Assembly: GCA_963832165.1 (NCBI GenBank)
Contig: CAWHTE010000005.1
Coordinates: forward strand, 64,001 to 128,000
Direction: 5' to 3'
Source: an uncultured delta proteobacterium
Lineage (GTDB): Bacteria > Myxococcota_A > UBA9160 > SMWR01
DNA length: 64,000 bases
Shown: positions 60,002 to 64,000 of the stretch, in pieces
Layout of the letters: the number at the start of each line of letters is the position of its first letter
How positions within the stretch are numbered: position 1 is the stretch's first letter
Position numbers and translations under genes: made by a program
The notes under the pieces: model-generated
Told to the model about the DNA's origin: nothing
Databases searched by the model: none
The model's input: only the letters and a program-made list of their open reading frames with translations

Positions 60002-61275
60002 CACGCCGCCTTGCGCGCGAGGTCGGCCGGCAGCGCGCGCGCGGCGAGCAGGAAATGTACGGCCCCCCAGATCCCCATCACGAGCAGCACGCAGAGCAGC
60101 GAGTAACGCACCGCCTCGTCGCCGTGCGCCGCGAACACGTAGTCGTTCAGCAAGCCGATGCTCTGCGGGCCCAGCGCGAGCCCGATGATGTTCGTCACGA
60201 ACATCAGGATCCCCGCCGCCACCGCGCGCATGCGCACGGGCGCGAGCGTCTGCACCGCCGAGAACACGGGACCCTGGTACATCGCGGCGATCACCACGCC
60301 CGGGAACGCTAGCAGCAGCGCGAGGTTCGGATCGTCCATGAGCAGGAACGTGAGCGTGAACGGCAGCGGCCCCGCGCACGCGATCGCAGGCACCCACATC
60401 CACCAGCGCACGTCGCGCCGCCCGAGCCGGTCGGCGATCACGCCGGCTAGCACCGAGCCGATCGCGCCGCCCACGCCGAGACCGAGGCCGATCTTCGTGC
60501 CGAGCTCGCCGCCGGTCATGTCGTGCACGAGGCGCAGGAAGCTCGGCGCCCAGACCACAAACGCATAACCTGAGAACGCCGTGAATCCGATGCCGAGCGA
60601 GAGATGGATGAACGAGCGCCGCGTCGCGAGAAACCTCACCACCTCGCCGACTTTCGGCGCTTCGCCCGTCACCGGCACCGCCTCCTGCGCGCCGCGCAAC
60701 GGCTCGCGGACCGTGAAGCGCACGATCAGCGCGAGCACGAGACCGGGCAGCCCAACCACCATGAACGCCGCGCGCCAGCCCCAGAGCTCCTCGATCCAGC
60801 CGCCGACGACCAGGCCCACGAGCACGCCGATGTGGATACCCATGGAGTAGACGCCGAGCGCAGTGGCTCGCTTCTGCACGGGGAAATAATCAGCCAGGAG
60901 CGAGTGAGCGGGTGGCGAGAGCGCGGCCTCGCCGACGCCCACGCCGATCCGCGCCAGCGCCAGCTGCGTGAAGCTCTGCGAGAGGCCCGAGACCGCAGTC
61001 ATCCCGCTCCAGAGCGTCAGCCCGATCGCGATCACCGAGCGACGGATCCAGACGTCCGCAAGCCGCGCGATCGGGATGCCCAGGACCGCGTAGAAGATCG
61101 CGAACGCGGGCCCGGCCAGGAAACCCATCATCGAGTCGGAGGCGCCGAGCTCCTCCTTGATCGGCACCAGCAGGATCGAAATGATCTGGCGGTCGACGAA
61201 ATTGATCACGTACGCGAGGAACAGGATCGCGAGCACGTAGTTCGCATATCCGGGCCGCGTAGAACCGGCTTGCAC
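60001..61275 (-). CDS. MFS transporter (spinster-like)
   Basis: NFVDRQ, PIARLAD, RIGVGVGEA, WGWRAAF, 12 TM pattern. Confidence 0.92.
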   Translation of the reverse strand: MQAGSTRPGYANYVLAILFLAYVINFVDRQIISILLVPIKEELGASDSMMGFLAGPAFAIFYAVLGIPIARLADVWIRRSVIAIGLTLWSGMTAVSGLSQSFTQLALARIGVGVGEAALSPPAHSLLADYFPVQKRATALGVYSMGIHIGVLVGLVVGGWIEELWGWRAAFMVVGLPGLVLALIVRFTVREPLRGAQEAVPVTGEAPKVGEVVRFLATRRSFIHLSLGIGFTAFSGYAFVVWAPSFLRLVHDMTGGELGTKIGLGLGVGGAIGSVLAGVIADRLGRRDVRWWMWVPAIACAGPLPFTLTFLLMDDPNLALLLAFPGVVIAAMYQGPVFSAVQTLAPVRMRAVAAGILMFVTNIIGLALGPQSIGLLNDYVFAAHGDEAVRYSLLCVLLVMGIWGAVHFLLAARALPADLARKAA

Positions 61276-61338
61276 GGGGCCAGCCTACCAGAAAGCCCAC
61301 CACAACCGGGGGGCATCGCGGGCTACGCTCGCGCTCGC

Positions 61339-62925
61339 GTGGAACGAACCGAGGCGTCGCGACCGAGTTCCTGGGCGTGGCCGGTCGCCGCGTTCGTGCT
61401 GGCGGGTCTCGCCTACGCACCGCTGTGGCGTCCGAGCCTGTTCGTGCCCTCCCGCCTCGGTTTGGATGCGGCATTCGATGCGGCGCTGTTTCGCCCCGCC
61501 CCGATGCCCGCCCTGCTCGTGCTCGCGATCGCGGGCTGGCTCGCGTGGCGTCGGCGCGGGCGTCTGTGTGCACTGCCGGCGCACCGCAGCACCGGGCTTG
61601 CCGCAGCCGGGTTCGCCATATCCGCAGCCGTCGCCGCGTGGGCTGCGCTCACTCAATCGGCCGACCTCCTGTTCGGATCGGCCGCGGCACTCGTGCTCGC
61701 CTTCGGAGCCGCGGCGCGCGGGCGCGCGGGCTCCCGCGTGCTGCTCGCTCCCTCGCTCACGTTGCTGCTCGGGCTCGCGATCCCCGAACCGCTCGAAGCT
61801 GCGCTGGTCTGGCAGCTGCAGCGCTGGGCCACACAGCACGCCACCGATCTCCTGCAGATCATCGGACGCACCGCCGAATATGCGGGCGTGATCATCGCGT
61901 CGGGCGGTCACGAGTTCCAGGTGATCGATGGCTGCAGCGGGCTGCGCGGAATCCTGATCCTCACGCTCGTCGCGTTGATCGTGCGCGAGCTCTTCGCGCG
62001 TGCGGGCGCGCGCGAATGGCTGCTGCTCGCGATCGCGCCGCTGCTCGGCCACGCGCTCAATCTCGTGCGGATCGCCTGGGTCGCCACGAGCGATCACCCC
62101 GAAGAGCTCGCGGGATTCGCCGGCGATCACACGCCGCAGGGGCTCGCGGTGCTAGGCGCCGGAACCCTGATCTTGTACGCGACTGGCGCTGCACTCGCGC
62201 GGAGCCACATCGCAGAAATCGGGCAGATCGGACAAATGACGCACGTGCGCGCAGCGCCGAGCGTCCCGACGTCGGGCGCCGGCACACTGCCGTGGCGGGC
62301 CACAGCCATCGCGCTCGCCGCCCTCTGGGCGATCGCTTTCGCTGTACCGCCGTTCCCGGCCGCCGCGACCCATGCCGACCTCGCCTTCCCCGACGCGGGC
62401 GCGGGCTGGCAGAGCGAGGCGGTCGCCGCTGACCCGATGTTCATCGGAACGCTGCTGCCGGGGCAGTCCGTGCATCGGCGCTATCAGAAACCCGGCCAGG
62501 ATGGGCGCGTCCGCGTCGTCGAGCTGTTCGTCGCTACGGAGGTTCCGGACCTGCCGGAGCTGCACACGGGTCACCTCTTCACGTCGAAGCTCGCATGGCC
62601 CGGGGCACCGTGGTGGCTCAAAGAGCTCCGCCGCACTTCGCTCGATCCGCTCGGCCGCGACGTCTGGCTGTCGCAGGCGGCCTTCGGTCTCGGCCCCCAG
62701 CACGCGCTCGTCTACGTCTGGCTCCCCCGCGACGAGGGGCTCGCGCGCGAGTCGCTGCGCGCACTCTTTGCGCTCGACTCGAGTCCGTGGCGGCGCGTTC
62801 GACCGCGCGCGGTCGTACAGCTCATAGCTCCCACGCCCCAGGGCGGCCCCGTCGCCTACGACATCGCCAAGCGCACGCTCGACGCGTTCGTCTCCGACTT
62901 CCGCGACTCGCTCGCGGCGCTGTAA
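61339..62925 (+). CDS. Exosortase/archaeosortase family protein with EpsI-like C-terminal domain
   Basis: Multi-TM with VIDGCSGLR (Cys), NLVRI (Arg), GDH (His); soluble C-terminal domain; start uncertain. Confidence 0.8.
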   Translation: MERTEASRPSSWAWPVAAFVLAGLAYAPLWRPSLFVPSRLGLDAAFDAALFRPAPMPALLVLAIAGWLAWRRRGRLCALPAHRSTGLAAAGFAISAAVAAWAALTQSADLLFGSAAALVLAFGAAARGRAGSRVLLAPSLTLLLGLAIPEPLEAALVWQLQRWATQHATDLLQIIGRTAEYAGVIIASGGHEFQVIDGCSGLRGILILTLVALIVRELFARAGAREWLLLAIAPLLGHALNLVRIAWVATSDHPEELAGFAGDHTPQGLAVLGAGTLILYATGAALARSHIAEIGQIGQMTHVRAAPSVPTSGAGTLPWRATAIALAALWAIAFAVPPFPAAATHADLAFPDAGAGWQSEAVAADPMFIGTLLPGQSVHRRYQKPGQDGRVRVVELFVATEVPDLPELHTGHLFTSKLAWPGAPWWLKELRRTSLDPLGRDVWLSQAAFGLGPQHALVYVWLPRDEGLARESLRALFALDSSPWRRVRPRAVVQLIAPTPQGGPVAYDIAKRTLDAFVSDFRDSLAAL

Positions 62926-62952
62926 GATCGCCCCCCGCCGTCGAGGTCGCGA

Positions 62953-64000
62953 ATGTCGAAGTGGAACATCGCAATACTCGGGGTCGTCGCGGCCGTAGCC
63001 GGCTTCGCGCTCGGTCGCGGCACCGCCACCCACTCGAGCGACTCGAGCGGAACCGCGCCGAGCGGATCTGGGGCACCGGTCTCCGCCGAGCAGGTGCGCA
63101 CCGAGCTCGCTGCGATGGTGCGCGAGCCCGCCACGCTCGCGAACGCACAGCGGCTCGCGAACCGCCTCGCAGAGCTCGGGCCTGCAGCGGTGCCCGCGAT
63201 CCAGCCCACGCTGCGCGATCCGAGCGAGAACATCGATTCCGCACGCGCGCTGCTGCTGATCCAGTTCTGGGTCGATCGCGATCCCAAGAGTGCAGCGGAT
63301 TGGGCCGTGGCCAATGCGCCGTTCCTCTACAAATCGCTCGCGCTCCGACTCGCTATCGAGCGGCTCGCGGAATCGGATCCGCAAGCCGCGCGCCGCCTCG
63401 CGGGCAGCGACAGTCAGCTGCTGAAGCCGCTCGTAAAGGGATGGGTGCGGTCCGGTCAGCCCGGTCTCGAGGATTGGATCCGCGGCTTCGGAGTCCGGTT
63501 CGATCGTCAGAAGGCACTCGGTGCGTACGCGCGTGAGATGATCCGGCGCGAGGGCGTGCCGGCGGTCGCCGCCTGGGCCGACGCGCTGCCCGACTCCGAT
63601 GACGGGTTCAAGCTCGACGCGATCCGGCGCGTGGCCACCGAGCTCACCTACGCCGATCCCGAGGCGGGCGCTGCGTGGTACGAGAAGCACCGCAGCGGAC
63701 CCTATGGCGCGGACCTGCTGCTCGCCGTTGGCAACGCGTGGGTGGCCGTGGACGGTCCCGCAGCCATGCGCTGGCTCTCCGAGCGCGAGCCGGGCCCGGA
63801 GCGCAACGGCGCGGTGCTCGACGCGGTGCGCTCATGGGGGATGAGCGACTTGAACGACCTCACTCGCTGGACTCCCGCGCAGAAGGGCGAGCCGGTTCCG
63901 TCGTGGTTCCAGCCGGGTCTCCCGATCTACGCCAAGCTCATCGGAGCCAAGCAGCCCGCCGAGGGAATGGCATGGGCGGAGCGGATCGAGGATCCCTCCA
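62953..64000 (+). CDS. Hypothetical exported alpha-helical repeat protein (partial, runs off window end)
   Basis: ATG 62953 MSKWNIAILGVVAAVAGFALG then repeated DP..A..W units (DPKSAADW, DPEAGAAW, DGPAAMRW); no stop seen before the end. Confidence 0.6.
   Translation, partial: MSKWNIAILGVVAAVAGFALGRGTATHSSDSSGTAPSGSGAPVSAEQVRTELAAMVREPATLANAQRLANRLAELGPAAVPAIQPTLRDPSENIDSARALLLIQFWVDRDPKSAADWAVANAPFLYKSLALRLAIERLAESDPQAARRLAGSDSQLLKPLVKGWVRSGQPGLEDWIRGFGVRFDRQKALGAYAREMIRREGVPAVAAWADALPDSDDGFKLDAIRRVATELTYADPEAGAAWYEKHRSGPYGADLLLAVGNAWVAVDGPAAMRWLSEREPGPERNGAVLDAVRSWGMSDLNDLTRWTPAQKGEPVPSWFQPGLPIYAKLIGAKQPAEGMAWAERIEDPS

Overview
High-GC (roughly 70%) bacterial chromosomal segment whose gene content and order (tilS-ftsH-folP-cdaA-cdaR-glmM-pdxJ-nnr-tsaE-lysC; iscS-mnmA-rnc-era; icmF; exosortase; many hybrid kinases) look deltaproteobacterial/Myxococcota-like (inference). 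Most of the window is housekeeping and lipid/acyl-CoA metabolism, with one tRNA-Met. The standout is a lower-GC block (~38.5-46.3 kb). It carries an 822-aa YcgR-N/PilZ + LuxD-like thioesterase + SAM-methyltransferase fusion directly upstream of two hybrid histidine kinases, plus a wHTH-AAA-TPR regulator and a degenerate NtrC-like protein. I read this as a candidate c-di-GMP-gated fatty-acid-methyl-ester signal synthase/sensor system, with the compositional break falling at the end of the kinase's membrane sensor domain. Other oddities: a kinase-dCMP deaminase fusion with a T9 run at the domain junction, apparently catalytically dead PdxJ and serine-recombinase homologues, a protein O-mannosyltransferase facing a Pro/Thr-tailed secreted protein, and a tandem-module HNH protein. 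Five single-base frameshifts in otherwise intact genes suggest indel errors in the assembly. All family calls come from motif recognition by eye; no searches were run.
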